64,000 nt of DNA from a virus. The first letter of the stretch is position 1. Each line of letters opens with the position of its first letter. Positions 49,094 through 58,641 of this stretch are shown here, piece after piece. The position numbers and the translations under genes were made by a program. The notes under the pieces were generated by a model. It had not been told where the DNA came from. It was given only the letters and a program-made list of their open reading frames with translations, and did no database searches. Location: positions 78,035 to 142,034 of the IMG/VR virus record IMGVR_UViG_3300045988_128407. One strand, 5' to 3'.

Positions 49094-50409
49094 ATTATAA
49101 ATCTTTTAGACATTTCCTCTGTAATATCATATACAACCGTATGATCCTCTTCATTGTATGGTTTATTGATATTCAGCACTCCTTTTCTCACTTTAAACTT
49201 CTTATCTTTTCTAAGGTGATTCAACATACCTTGTTGGAACACGCAATCCGCCTTTTCAAGTGCTATACTGTCTTCTGTCCATTCTTTCAGCGTATATCCT
49301 TTGCTGCTCGTGCTTTTTGGAGAAAAGTTCATAATACGTGCATCAATCCCATACCATGCTTTAACCATTCTTCTTTCAGCTTCTAATTGAAATGCGTATG
49401 ATTCCCATATTCCCCCTGATTTAAAGTCGAGAATAACCACTTCTTCCTTCTCCACTTCTCTTACCTCCTTCTTCGGATCGCCTTTTTTAAACTGCCCTGT
49501 AGCCCTTTGATACACGGCTCCAAAATAACCTTCTTCTTTGTATTTGAATGTCATTTTAACCATCGCATCTATCGGCGTAGCTACCAAATAATCTTCTAAT
49601 GACAATATTCTTTCAATCATCATCGGCTTAACCTTATACTCCGAACAAAACTTAGCAAACTTCATAACTCTGACAATCATATCATCAAGATCATCTATGC
49701 TACCAAAGAATTTGTCAAGATTCTTTTTCGATATCTTCAGCTTGCCTTCTTGTACTGTTTTGATGATAAAGCTTCGATTTAAGACTATATCTCTACCTGT
49801 TAGGTACAATCCGTACATATAGTGCATGATCGTTCCCTTATCAGCTTCATACTGTGCCACCTCTTCCGGATTGCGACCAAGCATCTTCATCTCTTGCTTC
49901 CATTCCTGAAGTGCGGTCTTATCATCTACATACCCATCTTTGATTAAAGTTGTTACCGAAGCATATATCTTGGCCGTCCCATCATCCATCTTCCTTACAT
50001 AAAAACGATTATCGTCTAATGTCAATCTTACGAATTTAGGAGTCTCAATCTTCTTCAACTCATCGCAGATATAAAATGGCTCTAATGTTTCCTGATTTTC
50101 TATAAACGGATTCGAATCTTCTTCTCCAGGGTTAGGAGCGGCTTCCTCCGCCTGAGCTTCCGGTTCCTCCTTCTGGGCCTGCTCTGGCTCAGGCGCCGGC
50201 TCTTCAACTACTGGAACCTGTCCACCTCTTTCCGCTATGTCTCTGTTCTTTATTAAAGACATAACCTCCTTCTTCAACTGCTCCGGTGTTTGATTAGGAT
50301 CTGACACCGACATCACAACATCGTTCATTCTAAACAACGTATTTCCTTTTCCCTCCACCATAGGTACAAACCCTAAATCTGTCAATATTTTTATTTTCTG
50401 TTCTATCAT
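49090..50409 (-). CDS. PD-(D/E)xK nuclease-domain protein (lambda-exonuclease / YqaJ-like candidate) with acidic Pro/Glu-rich linker
   Basis: ATPIDAMV..VVILDFKSG..YAFQLEAERR. Confidence 0.35.
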   Translation of the reverse strand: MIEQKIKILTDLGFVPMVEGKGNTLFRMNDVVMSVSDPNQTPEQLKKEVMSLIKNRDIAERGGQVPVVEEPAPEPEQAQKEEPEAQAEEAAPNPGEEDSNPFIENQETLEPFYICDELKKIETPKFVRLTLDDNRFYVRKMDDGTAKIYASVTTLIKDGYVDDKTALQEWKQEMKMLGRNPEEVAQYEADKGTIMHYMYGLYLTGRDIVLNRSFIIKTVQEGKLKISKKNLDKFFGSIDDLDDMIVRVMKFAKFCSEYKVKPMMIERILSLEDYLVATPIDAMVKMTFKYKEEGYFGAVYQRATGQFKKGDPKKEVREVEKEEVVILDFKSGGIWESYAFQLEAERRMVKAWYGIDARIMNFSPKSTSSKGYTLKEWTEDSIALEKADCVFQQGMLNHLRKDKKFKVRKGVLNINKPYNEEDHTVVYDITEEMSKRFII

Positions 50410-50582
50410 CGCAATTTCTCAATTAATTCCTCTTTAACATAATACAACACAGTTACAGTCTCATCCATATCTGCGGCTGCTCCCTCAAAATCAATTTCTC
50501 TCTCACTCTCTCCTCTTTTTACGTTGGCAATGAAAATAATTTCATCGTCAGCTTCTATTGTAACCTTATATTTTTTTTTCAT
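50406..50582 (-). CDS. small acidic ORF (58 aa), stop overlaps downstream ATG (ATGA)
   Basis: MKKKYKVTIEADDEIIFIANVKRGESEREIDFEGAAADMDETVTVLYYVKEELIEKLR; below track cutoff. Confidence 0.25.
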   Translation of the reverse strand: MKKKYKVTIEADDEIIFIANVKRGESEREIDFEGAAADMDETVTVLYYVKEELIEKLR

Positions 50583-50635
50583 ATCCCATATTCTATTAAA
50601 TATATTTAAAGCTATTCATCTGTTTTAATACATCC

Positions 50636-50661
50636 CCTCGGAGACCTTTCGGTCTCCGAGG
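50636..50661. other. perfect 11-bp stem / 4-nt loop hairpin (CCTCGGAGACC tttc GGTCTCCGAGG) next to repeat copy B
   Basis: Read directly; no adjacent T-run on either strand. Confidence 0.8.
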
Positions 50662-50682
50662 TAGATGTAAATCCCGTTAGGG

Positions 50683-50880
50683 ATAAGTCAGGAATATTTC
50701 ATCCTGTTAGTACCCATCGCCAATGTTATAAGAGGTTTTATATAATGGCAACACTGTTTCGTCAAATACACTACTCCTGTTTAACCACCATTCTTAGAGC
50801 TACGAACTTGGGTAAACATCCGTAGGTAACTATCTATTCTCAAATAACGTAGCCTTTGTTTCAAGGCTTAGGCTAATAAC
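50683..50880 (-). ncRNA. orphan second copy (inverted) of the omega-RNA-like ~200-bp element
   Basis: About 90% identical to the reverse complement of 20940-21136. The copies differ in blocks, and this copy uses an alternative helix pair AATGG/CCATT. No nuclease ORF is adjacent. Confidence 0.35.
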
Positions 50881-50936
50881 CCGATCTCTGAAAGAGATGT
50901 ATTAAACTTTTATAATAGAATTATATCAGGTTAATA

Positions 50937-51458
50937 CTATTTGGGGTTATATCTGTCAATTATTTCAATAATCAACCTACCTCTTTCTTTGATCATTCCC
51001 CTGCTTTCCATATCCAGTACCTTCTTTACCGCATACTTCCATACAAAAGGAAATTCTGTTTCAAGTTTATCAAATTCCATCCGGTCAAGATACATGTCGA
51101 ATACCGTATGCTCCGATTCATGAAGGAAAACTATATTATCCCTGCAAGTAGCAACCGACTTATATATCCTTTTCGGAAGTATGTGACAGACGTTACATAC
51201 TGTAGGAAAATGAATAGCCTTACCAGTCATAGACATTCGAATAGTACTCAACTCCTCCAACATAAGACGAAAAAACCCGGATAAATCCGGGTTCTCTAAC
51301 TTTTTCTTCTTGCTGCTGTTTTTAATGGATGTAATTCTGTTTTTTTTCTTCGGAGTCAACTCTTTGCTCCTGCAAGCCTGGCATAAGCCATGACTTCTTA
51401 TCATCACTTTTCGTCCGCATCGTTCGCAGACGTATAGCTTCTTTTCCTTGCTTTCCAT
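50937..51458 (-). CDS. zinc-ribbon protein with possible HNH-like motif (173 aa)
   Basis: CERCG..CQAC; CNVCH..NIVFLHESEH. Confidence 0.3.
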   Translation of the reverse strand: MESKEKKLYVCERCGRKVMIRSHGLCQACRSKELTPKKKNRITSIKNSSKKKKLENPDLSGFFRLMLEELSTIRMSMTGKAIHFPTVCNVCHILPKRIYKSVATCRDNIVFLHESEHTVFDMYLDRMEFDKLETEFPFVWKYAVKKVLDMESRGMIKERGRLIIEIIDRYNPK

Positions 51459-51643
51459 TCGAATAATAATGATATTATTGAAAAGAACAATCCCACTGAA
51501 GCCAGTAGATAAGGTACGTTCATTAATAATTTAGATACCTCGTCTGTCTTAATCACTATCAGAAGGAAAGCGCCTGCTGAAAGCAATGATATTATCGCCA
51601 CAACAAGCGCTATGTTGGAAACTACATCAGCCTTACTCTTCAC
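51404..51643 (-). CDS. small membrane protein (2 predicted TM)
   Basis: Hydrophobic segments. Confidence 0.35.
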   Translation of the reverse strand: MKSKADVVSNIALVVAIISLLSAGAFLLIVIKTDEVSKLLMNVPYLLASVGLFFSIISLLFEWKARKRSYTSANDADEK

Positions 51644-52103
51644 TCTTCTTCTCGCCTAATTTTTCAGCTCCCTTCTGAAGATCGTATTTGAATACGTCTA
51701 TGATCTTCGTTTCAGCAATAGCTTCGCAATTCCAGTCGCCCAACGTACCCTGCATGCCTTTAGTCAACACAGCTTCGGCATCCTTGGGATTGCCGGCCTG
51801 GACATACATATAGCATGGCGTTTTCTTTTCTTTACCTTTCTTTTCATCCAGTGTAATGTAATTCACCTTACACTTATACCAGTACTCAGCCTCTCCGTTG
51901 AAGAAGATTTCCGACACTTTAATAGGATTAATTTTTACAACCTCGAAAGAATTGTACAAATCCTTGAAGATCTCCAACGATCTTGATTCTGCCTCTGTGT
52001 AAGACAAGGCATCCACTAAATACTTTTCAGTTACCTTCTTTTTTTTGCCGTTCTCGATATTATCAATCTCGGCTTTTACCGTAATTTCAAACCAGCGATT
52101 CAT
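51633..52103 (-). CDS. hypothetical protein (156 aa)
   Basis: ORF in packed operon. Confidence 0.35.
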   Translation of the reverse strand: MNRWFEITVKAEIDNIENGKKKKVTEKYLVDALSYTEAESRSLEIFKDLYNSFEVVKINPIKVSEIFFNGEAEYWYKCKVNYITLDEKKGKEKKTPCYMYVQAGNPKDAEAVLTKGMQGTLGDWNCEAIAETKIIDVFKYDLQKGAEKLGEKKSEE

Positions 52104-52114
52104 TGTATTAATAT

Positions 52115-52387
52115 TTAATTAGTTGATTTCTTTCCTTTCTCTATACTGTTTTTAAATCTTTCAGAACACCACTGCAAAACATCCATCATCATCATCTCAT
52201 TATTAGATAAGATGCCTTTTATAATTAATGCCAATTGATGTTGTGACATTCTTAGGCTCATATCAAATCTTCTTTCCTCTTCATTTACTATCGTAGCTAC
52301 GAAATACTTACACCCCTCTAAGTGCGTTAGGGCTTCAATCATAGCTTCTTTTATCTCTTTTTCTTCCATTCTGTTTTTTTCGGACAA
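52115..52387 (-). CDS. hypothetical protein (90 aa)
   Basis: ORF in packed operon. Confidence 0.3.
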   Translation of the reverse strand: MSEKNRMEEKEIKEAMIEALTHLEGCKYFVATIVNEEERRFDMSLRMSQHQLALIIKGILSNNEMMMMDVLQWCSERFKNSIEKGKKSTN

Positions 52388-52435
52388 AGATATGTCTTTT
52401 GTTGCTTAATAAGAAACAAAATGATTTAATATAAA

Positions 52436-53104
52436 TTAATTTTCTTCCGGGTCAACATCGATAGACATATTGTATCTTTTCCTGATAAAGACTTCTGTTT
52501 CTTCATTAAACGGGTAGGCTTCTTTCAAGAAAGCCATAGCCCGCTCCGCATCTTTATCTGCTATCTCAATATATCTTTCGAAAGTCATGCAAAGGTCGAT
52601 GTTGTACGCACGCTCCTGTTTTATCTTGTCCACGTATTTCAATACCCTGTCTTTGATTTCATTGGCTTTTTTCACAGTATCATTGAAAGAATTTATACTT
52701 TCCAATTCTGGATCTTTGTTTTCCTTGTTTACCTTATCAAACTCTTCCTTGCTATATCCCGCTTCTCCTGTAATGGCTGGGCAAACACTTCCATTTATGA
52801 TCCAAAACTGCTCATACGATCCTATCAGAAACTTTGATTCCATTTTAAATGCATTATATTTAATAAGCAAATTAGCCACCTCAGTTGCACCTTCTATGGT
52901 TCTAAAACCGATGCCGATATCTTTTAACATAAATACTGGAACTCCCGTTCTTGGATACACGACTTCTTTTTCGTTCTTTATATTCCAATTTTTAGCTTCA
53001 ATTGGAATACCCTTACCAACAAGCTCTTTGTCTATATACAGACTTATCTCTTCGTCTGTCAATGCCACAATCTCATCTCTGCTTAAATCAAAAACTGTTT
53101 TCAT
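52436..53104 (-). CDS. hypothetical protein (222 aa)
   Basis: ORF in packed operon. Confidence 0.4.
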   Translation of the reverse strand: MKTVFDLSRDEIVALTDEEISLYIDKELVGKGIPIEAKNWNIKNEKEVVYPRTGVPVFMLKDIGIGFRTIEGATEVANLLIKYNAFKMESKFLIGSYEQFWIINGSVCPAITGEAGYSKEEFDKVNKENKDPELESINSFNDTVKKANEIKDRVLKYVDKIKQERAYNIDLCMTFERYIEIADKDAERAMAFLKEAYPFNEETEVFIRKRYNMSIDVDPEEN

Positions 53105-53303
53105 TTTTTTTATTCATTAGATTAAACAACTTACTTCTTTGTTCAGGCTCCGTATATTCCACCCATATATCGGCTGCCACATTCCTCAGAAATTCCATAA
53201 AGTCTTGATGATCCCTGTATTCAGTAGAATCAACTTTCCTTACAAAATTTATAATTTCTTTTAGTATTTTATTGTTTTCTTCAAGAAGCTCTCTATCGGT
53301 CAT
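53088..53303 (-). CDS. hypothetical protein (71 aa)
   Basis: ORF in packed operon. Confidence 0.3.
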   Translation of the reverse strand: MTDRELLEENNKILKEIINFVRKVDSTEYRDHQDFMEFLRNVAADIWVEYTEPEQRSKLFNLMNKKNENSF

Positions 53304-53324
53304 GATCTCGTGAAAATATATTAT

Positions 53325-53672
53325 TCAACATGTAATAGGCAGTAAATTTTCGATGTATGCCCATCTTACGATATGGAAAATTCTAACAGCTATTTTCCAA
53401 TTAGAGTTATTTGGCCCACAGACAATAGGAGTTCCATCTTGTTTAATAGCAATCAACATTCCACTGTGTTGTGGTGTTTCGCTTGCATCATACCACGCGC
53501 TGTTGATGCTCCATTCTGCACCCGCCATGAAGTCTTCACGGCAATTATCCTTGCGTAGAACATAATCGTCTGCATCCACTTCTTTAAGACCTATGGAATA
53601 ATCTTTTGCTGCTTTTTCAATATCTTCTCTTTTCATAATTTTATACTTTAATCTAACCTCCAATAAAATCAT
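53325..53672 (-). CDS. hypothetical protein, paralog of 53904-54155
   Basis: Shares AEWSINSAWYDASE and RWAYIENLLP blocks with the 83-aa ORF. Confidence 0.4.
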   Translation of the reverse strand: MILLEVRLKYKIMKREDIEKAAKDYSIGLKEVDADDYVLRKDNCREDFMAGAEWSINSAWYDASETPQHSGMLIAIKQDGTPIVCGPNNSNWKIAVRIFHIVRWAYIENLLPITC

Positions 53673-53901
53673 CGGGAGTTATATATCCTACTGATTCCAT
53701 ACGGTCTATAATCTCATTCGCATTCATTTCTGAACCGTTCCATTCAAGTATGATTTCATTTCCTGAAGCCATGCTCAAATTAGGCTCATTATCTCTAAAT
53801 CCTGAGAAAGCAAGATGTTCCCAAATGGATTGCAGTGCAAGGTCCGCTTCGTTTTGTTTGTTTTCTGCTTTCTTTATGGCATTTCTTAATTTTTTATTCA
53901 T
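53653..53901 (-). CDS. hypothetical protein (82 aa from the internal ATG MNKKLRNAIKK)
   Basis: Internal ATG at 53901 abuts the upstream stop; the track start at 53988 would overlap the neighbour by 85 nt. Confidence 0.3.
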   Translation of the reverse strand: MNKKLRNAIKKAENKQNEADLALQSIWEHLAFSGFRDNEPNLSMASGNEIILEWNGSEMNANEIIDRMESVGYITPDDFIGG

Positions 53902-53903
53902 TA

Positions 53904-54155
53904 TCACCCCCTTTCTTCTTCGCATGGGAGCAAGTCCTCGATGTATGCCCAGCGCATATAATGATCCTTTTCTGAAAGTTCTTCCCATGGCTTGCTCTTG
54001 GTTAAATAGACCAAATCATAAGCACCGTCAATATCCTCCACAATGAGCAGCTTCCCTTTGTCTGGCTTTTCTCTTGCATCGTGCCACACGCTGTTAATGC
54101 GCCATTCTGCACCAGCTTTAAAAAGAGGAACAGCATATTCTATATCTTGTTTCAT
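53904..54155 (-). CDS. hypothetical protein, paralog of 53325-53672
   Basis: AEWRINSVWHDARE..RWAYIEDLLP. Confidence 0.4.
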   Translation of the reverse strand: MKQDIEYAVPLFKAGAEWRINSVWHDAREKPDKGKLLIVEDIDGAYDLVYLTKSKPWEELSEKDHYMRWAYIEDLLPCEEERG

Positions 54156-54199
54156 GTCTTATTATTGTTTAATTAATTTAAATATTTTTAGTTTTGAAA

Positions 54200-54445
54200 T
54201 TATTTAATATGCTTATCGGCTGGATTGATTATCAATCCATCGTCACATGAAGGGAATGATATGTTAGATTCTCCATTATCAAGATTAGTCAGTTTAACCG
54301 TTCCAGCATATTCATCATCCACAAAAAACAATTGACCCGAAAAAACCACAAACCTGCATTGATATGCATTCATCATTGCTCCAAGTTGTCTAATCTTAGT
54401 TTTAATCTCTAAAAGTTGAGCGTTGTTGATTATATTCTTATTCAT
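54200..54445 (-). CDS. hypothetical protein (81 aa)
   Basis: ORF. Confidence 0.3.
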   Translation of the reverse strand: MNKNIINNAQLLEIKTKIRQLGAMMNAYQCRFVVFSGQLFFVDDEYAGTVKLTNLDNGESNISFPSCDDGLIINPADKHIK

Positions 54446-54598
54446 ATTTTATTAAAGTTTATCTATTATTTTGTTACCCATTTCCTGCCATTCATCACTC
54501 ACGCTTATAACCAATCCTATGACAGTGAATGATAATAACAACGTAAAAATAAGCCATAACAGAAAGCAGATAAAAACACATACATACCTCATGATTTT

Positions 54599-55345
54599 TT
54601 AGTTGTTAGATAAAAGCAAAATCGGTTCATTTGACCCCGCAATTGCTTTTATTTGTTCTGGATTGATAAAACTCTTAACTTGTTCGCTTATATTACAAAT
54701 GGACTTGATCATATCAACGAATAATTTCGAGGTACATTCGTTACACTCCACTTCCATTACCTGTTTATATCTATTGTATGATATGCTCGTTACACAATTC
54801 AGCCAGTGCGCATAGGTTCCTTTTTCTGTATTTAACCTGCTGTATTCTACTTTTGTCTCTCCATTTCCATATTCAATTACTCTTTTTAGAAATGGTTTTG
54901 CATAAACACTAAAACCGAAAGGTTGGGCGTTTAAGGCATCTAAACGGGAAGTTCCATCCCTCCATTCTCCATTTTCATCGCCTCCTGTCCATTCCTTAGA
55001 GGGGTTAGGGACAATATTTCCGTTTTTGTCATATGAAAACGTGCAATTCGTTTCCAGTTGATACTTAATAACAGGCACTTCTTCTACTATTTTATAACTC
55101 AAACATCTCTTCAGAACTTCCCTGATTTGACTTTCCAAATCAGAAAGTGCTATACTATTGAAATATCCTTCGTTGCCTAATCTGTTTGTAGGTAATTTGA
55201 TCCCATAAGAATGAATCTTGTCCACATCTTCTTTTGACAAGGTAGTGGTAAACACTCCTTCTTTGGTGACATTCACTTTAACAGTTACAGACAAACTGTT
55301 ATTAGCGTTCTTTTCCGTTATATTTAGTGTTGTTAATGCTGCCAT
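54599..55345 (-). CDS. hypothetical protein (248 aa)
   Basis: ORF. Confidence 0.4.
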   Translation of the reverse strand: MAALTTLNITEKNANNSLSVTVKVNVTKEGVFTTTLSKEDVDKIHSYGIKLPTNRLGNEGYFNSIALSDLESQIREVLKRCLSYKIVEEVPVIKYQLETNCTFSYDKNGNIVPNPSKEWTGGDENGEWRDGTSRLDALNAQPFGFSVYAKPFLKRVIEYGNGETKVEYSRLNTEKGTYAHWLNCVTSISYNRYKQVMEVECNECTSKLFVDMIKSICNISEQVKSFINPEQIKAIAGSNEPILLLSNN

Positions 55346-55363
55346 AATCAGATCTTTTTAAAA

Positions 55364-55624
55364 TCAATTCGAATAAATATAATACATTCCTGCTTCATAT
55401 ACCTTATGTACATCAGGGTCATTCTTGTCTTCCGGTTCCAATTCACTCTCTTCACAAGTATAATCCCATTCAGAGTTGTAGTACATATCCTCGTCTGTTT
55501 TCTCCAAGGAACAATCTTTCATTAGATTCATATTTTCTCCCCATACTGCAACTTCTTGTCGTTGCTCTTCTTCTGTCATAAGAGATATTTTGTCTTTCAA
55601 TTCTTTCCAAGTCATGATTTTCAA
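55364..55624 (-). CDS. acidic hypothetical protein (86 aa)
   Basis: ORF. Confidence 0.3.
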   Translation of the reverse strand: MKIMTWKELKDKISLMTEEEQRQEVAVWGENMNLMKDCSLEKTDEDMYYNSEWDYTCEESELEPEDKNDPDVHKVYEAGMYYIYSN

Positions 55625-55639
55625 AAGATGATTAATAGT

Positions 55640-56092
55640 TTATTCTACATCAAAAAGCTGATCTAACACCAATAATTCGGCATCCAGATCCTCTATTAAT
55701 TCCCCTCTGCAATCAAAGTCCGTCAAATCACTTGGAAAAAACTCTTGACCTATATATGGACTTGTCTTATGCTTCAACTCCCATACATTGCTACCTCTGT
55801 TGTATGTGAATGAGATCCCATTCGCTTCCCCTTTCTTTAAATATTTTACAATGTCTTTCTGTTCTATATGCTTCATTACAATAGCATCAATAACATCTCT
55901 AAGATCATGCTTGTTATCGTAGAAGAAAGTTTTCCAATTGCATTCATCATGCAATCGATGCATATCAGAGTATTCAAAAAAGAATGACCCAAACAAACCC
56001 CAATTAGTTATAGGGCATTCTGAATCATGGCAATAATACACTTTAATGCGATAATCGCCTACTTCTTTTGTTGTAATAAGATCGTCTTCCAT
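55640..56092 (-). CDS. hypothetical protein (150 aa)
   Basis: ORF. Confidence 0.35.
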   Translation of the reverse strand: MEDDLITTKEVGDYRIKVYYCHDSECPITNWGLFGSFFFEYSDMHRLHDECNWKTFFYDNKHDLRDVIDAIVMKHIEQKDIVKYLKKGEANGISFTYNRGSNVWELKHKTSPYIGQEFFPSDLTDFDCRGELIEDLDAELLVLDQLFDVE

Positions 56093-56103
56093 GTCTTTAT
56101 ATT

Positions 56104-56556
56104 TTAAATAGTTCTTAATTTTTCTTCGATAAATTCATCTATTACATCATAGTATGAGCCATCAAAATCCCCATATTTCTCTGTAAACTCTTTAGCCCAC
56201 TCTTGAATGATGGCAAATGCCTCTTCCCTGCTACATTCTTTTAATCCCATTAGATCATCCACGGCTATCACCGACATCTCTTGCAGATTTCGTAAATAAT
56301 TCAAATCTATGCTATATGGTAGCTTGCCTACTTCTATACATACATAATGACCTTGTTTAAAGGCATCCTGCAAGTCTTCAAGACTCTCTATCAATGACTC
56401 AGACTCATCATCTATTCTTATCTTGTATAACTCAAAATCTTCATTTTCTGCCGACACCCATATCTTATAGGCTTTTTCGTTGGACAATCTTTTCCAAACA
56501 AATCCGTCACTGAATACAATTAGGCTACCTGTTACTATCGTATTTTTCATAACCAC
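56104..56556 (-). CDS. hypothetical protein (150 aa)
   Basis: ORF. Confidence 0.35.
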   Translation of the reverse strand: MVMKNTIVTGSLIVFSDGFVWKRLSNEKAYKIWVSAENEDFELYKIRIDDESESLIESLEDLQDAFKQGHYVCIEVGKLPYSIDLNYLRNLQEMSVIAVDDLMGLKECSREEAFAIIQEWAKEFTEKYGDFDGSYYDVIDEFIEEKLRTI

Positions 56557-56558
56557 TT

Positions 56559-56873
56559 TTAATCTGTTATTCTGTAATAATAATCAAGTTCTTCTCCCTT
56601 AAAGTTGTTCATGGCATACTCGTCAGCTTCTCGCCACAACCGGTCATACAATGCAGCCAGTTCGCGATCACCTTCATAATGCTGCCAGATTTTATGATTC
56701 AATACAAGCGTTAATTCCGTGAAAAACTTATAATCATCTTTCCATTCATTAAACGCACGTCTGTAGGTATCCTTGACACCTGCTATACCATACTTGTCGG
56801 CTATGCTGAAATCTTCCCAAAAGGTAGTCATTAGGTTATAGCCCACTTCTTTCATAAATTCTTTGAATGTCAT
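56559..56873 (-). CDS. hypothetical protein (104 aa)
   Basis: ORF. Confidence 0.35.
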   Translation of the reverse strand: MTFKEFMKEVGYNLMTTFWEDFSIADKYGIAGVKDTYRRAFNEWKDDYKFFTELTLVLNHKIWQHYEGDRELAALYDRLWREADEYAMNNFKGEELDYYYRITD

Positions 56874-56904
56874 AAGCTATTATTTTAGGTATATAATTAC
56901 CTCA

Positions 56905-57195
56905 TTAAATTTTTGAATTGTCATATAATTCCCCTGAATATGGACTGTATATTGTTCCGGCTTCCACCGCTCCAGGTTCTACCGCCATCAGTCCTACACC
57001 TACTTCATAATACAGTTCAAGATCTATTGGCTCCATCGCCATCCTCTCAGCTTCTTTCTTGCTAAGACCTGAAAGCATTAAACATTTCACCTTATTTGCG
57101 TACGCAATAGGATACTCTTCTGGAGTTAATCTTATTAAGACTACTTCTGCTTCTTCTGCGCTGTTAAGTTTTAATTCGTTTCCCATTTTATGCAT
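56905..57195 (-). CDS. hypothetical protein (96 aa)
   Basis: ORF. Confidence 0.35.
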   Translation of the reverse strand: MHKMGNELKLNSAEEAEVVLIRLTPEEYPIAYANKVKCLMLSGLSKKEAERMAMEPIDLELYYEVGVGLMAVEPGAVEAGTIYSPYSGELYDNSKI

Positions 57196-57278
57196 TGTTT
57201 TCGCTGTTCACTATCTGACTAATGTACGGTCCTGGTCACGAACAGCCAGGCCGACCTCATGGCAGGGCAGGCGCTGCC

Positions 57279-57467
57279 CTACTCTAGCTGTTCTACCCAC
57301 TCTCTGTACCCTACGTTAAAACCAATAGGATCATACCTTTTGATCATAGTGCCATAATTCTCTCTACCGCAATACCTGTTCTTTCCTCCAATAACCCATG
57401 CTTCATCGTCTCTATCTGGAGATATGGAGTTAAGAAACTTCTCATAATCTTTTCTACTCTTTCCCAT
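57279..57467 (-). CDS. hypothetical protein (62 aa)
   Basis: ORF. Confidence 0.3.
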   Translation of the reverse strand: MGKSRKDYEKFLNSISPDRDDEAWVIGGKNRYCGRENYGTMIKRYDPIGFNVGYREWVEQLE

Positions 57468-57813
57468 CTTTGTCTTGATTTAAACAATAGTTAATAAAAT
57501 AAGCAACCTGTTCATTTTCCCCTGTATTATCAAAATCACCTAAAGTCATATCATCATAATCCAGCAGAACCATACGAAAACCGTTTTTTTTGACATACAC
57601 CTCCGTTAAAAACATAGGAATCCCAGCAATTTCTATTATCACCGGAAACTGATCATCAAAGTCAAACGCATTATTATCTTCTCCCCATTTTTTAAATTTT
57701 AGCTTTATACTTCCACCGTTCTCCACTAATGCCTCTTTGATGTACTTTAATCTTTTTGCATTCAGATCAATCTCTGCTTTTTCTATTTCTTTGTACAATT
57801 CATTCAGATCCAT
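57454..57813 (-). CDS. hypothetical protein (119 aa)
   Basis: ORF. Confidence 0.35.
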   Translation of the reverse strand: MDLNELYKEIEKAEIDLNAKRLKYIKEALVENGGSIKLKFKKWGEDNNAFDFDDQFPVIIEIAGIPMFLTEVYVKKNGFRMVLLDYDDMTLGDFDNTGENEQVAYFINYCLNQDKDGKE

Positions 57814-58315
57814 ATTCCACTATATTTATGTTGTCAAATTTTTCTTTTATAACATCCAAGGCGCCACACTCGTTTGTTACCATAGCATACTTTCCTGGCT
57901 TCATTCTCCACAGATTAAAATATCTTGTCACATTCATAGTGGCATTAAATAATGATATTTCATATCTTGTGTTTCCATTTTTATCACGCCCTATGTTTTT
58001 AATATAACATATGTCTGGCTTGTATTTGAAATAATTAAAAAGCCTATACCATCCCTTCCCGTTACATGTTTCACGATTCCATATTCCAGCAAGCTTCCTA
58101 TATCCCCTTACTGGTATTTTCTTTATTTCTTTTGGTACGATCTTGACATACTTTCCTTCTCCGATTGGTATGGTCATATTACCTGCCTCTTCAGTACAAA
58201 AGTATTCTATTTCAGATGCCATTCCTTTATACACATAGAACCGGTATAAGTTCCCGTCAGGGTCTACCCGATCCATGTAATATAATATCACTTTGTCTAC
58301 TTTTATCTTTTTCAT
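57800..58315 (-). CDS. hypothetical protein (171 aa)
   Basis: ORF. Confidence 0.35.
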   Translation of the reverse strand: MKKIKVDKVILYYMDRVDPDGNLYRFYVYKGMASEIEYFCTEEAGNMTIPIGEGKYVKIVPKEIKKIPVRGYRKLAGIWNRETCNGKGWYRLFNYFKYKPDICYIKNIGRDKNGNTRYEISLFNATMNVTRYFNLWRMKPGKYAMVTNECGALDVIKEKFDNINIVEYGSE

Positions 58316-58563
58316 TCCTTTATTCTACTTATCTTTAAATTGTTATTCCCACAGTATTCCTTCAGCCAACTATCCGTTAGATAACGATTAACTCTATCGT
58401 ATTTCTTTTTCGGACCCTTGCTCCAGAATTTCCATTCGTTTGTGATATTGTACCCATATTTATCAAACCAATAGATATAATACACTACGTTACCATATAA
58501 ATCCACTCTTTTTCTTTCCTGTATGACTACCTCGTAAGGCATCTTCTTGTCTCTTTTCTCCAT
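58312..58563 (-). CDS. hypothetical protein (83 aa)
   Basis: ATGA overlap. Confidence 0.3.
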   Translation of the reverse strand: MEKRDKKMPYEVVIQERKRVDLYGNVVYYIYWFDKYGYNITNEWKFWSKGPKKKYDRVNRYLTDSWLKEYCGNNNLKISRIKE

Positions 58564-58641
58564 CTTTGTCCTCCTTTCTTGAATAAAAAAAACGGCACCT
58601 ATCTTCGCAGACCAGTGCCGGTAACTAACTTACATGGAAAA

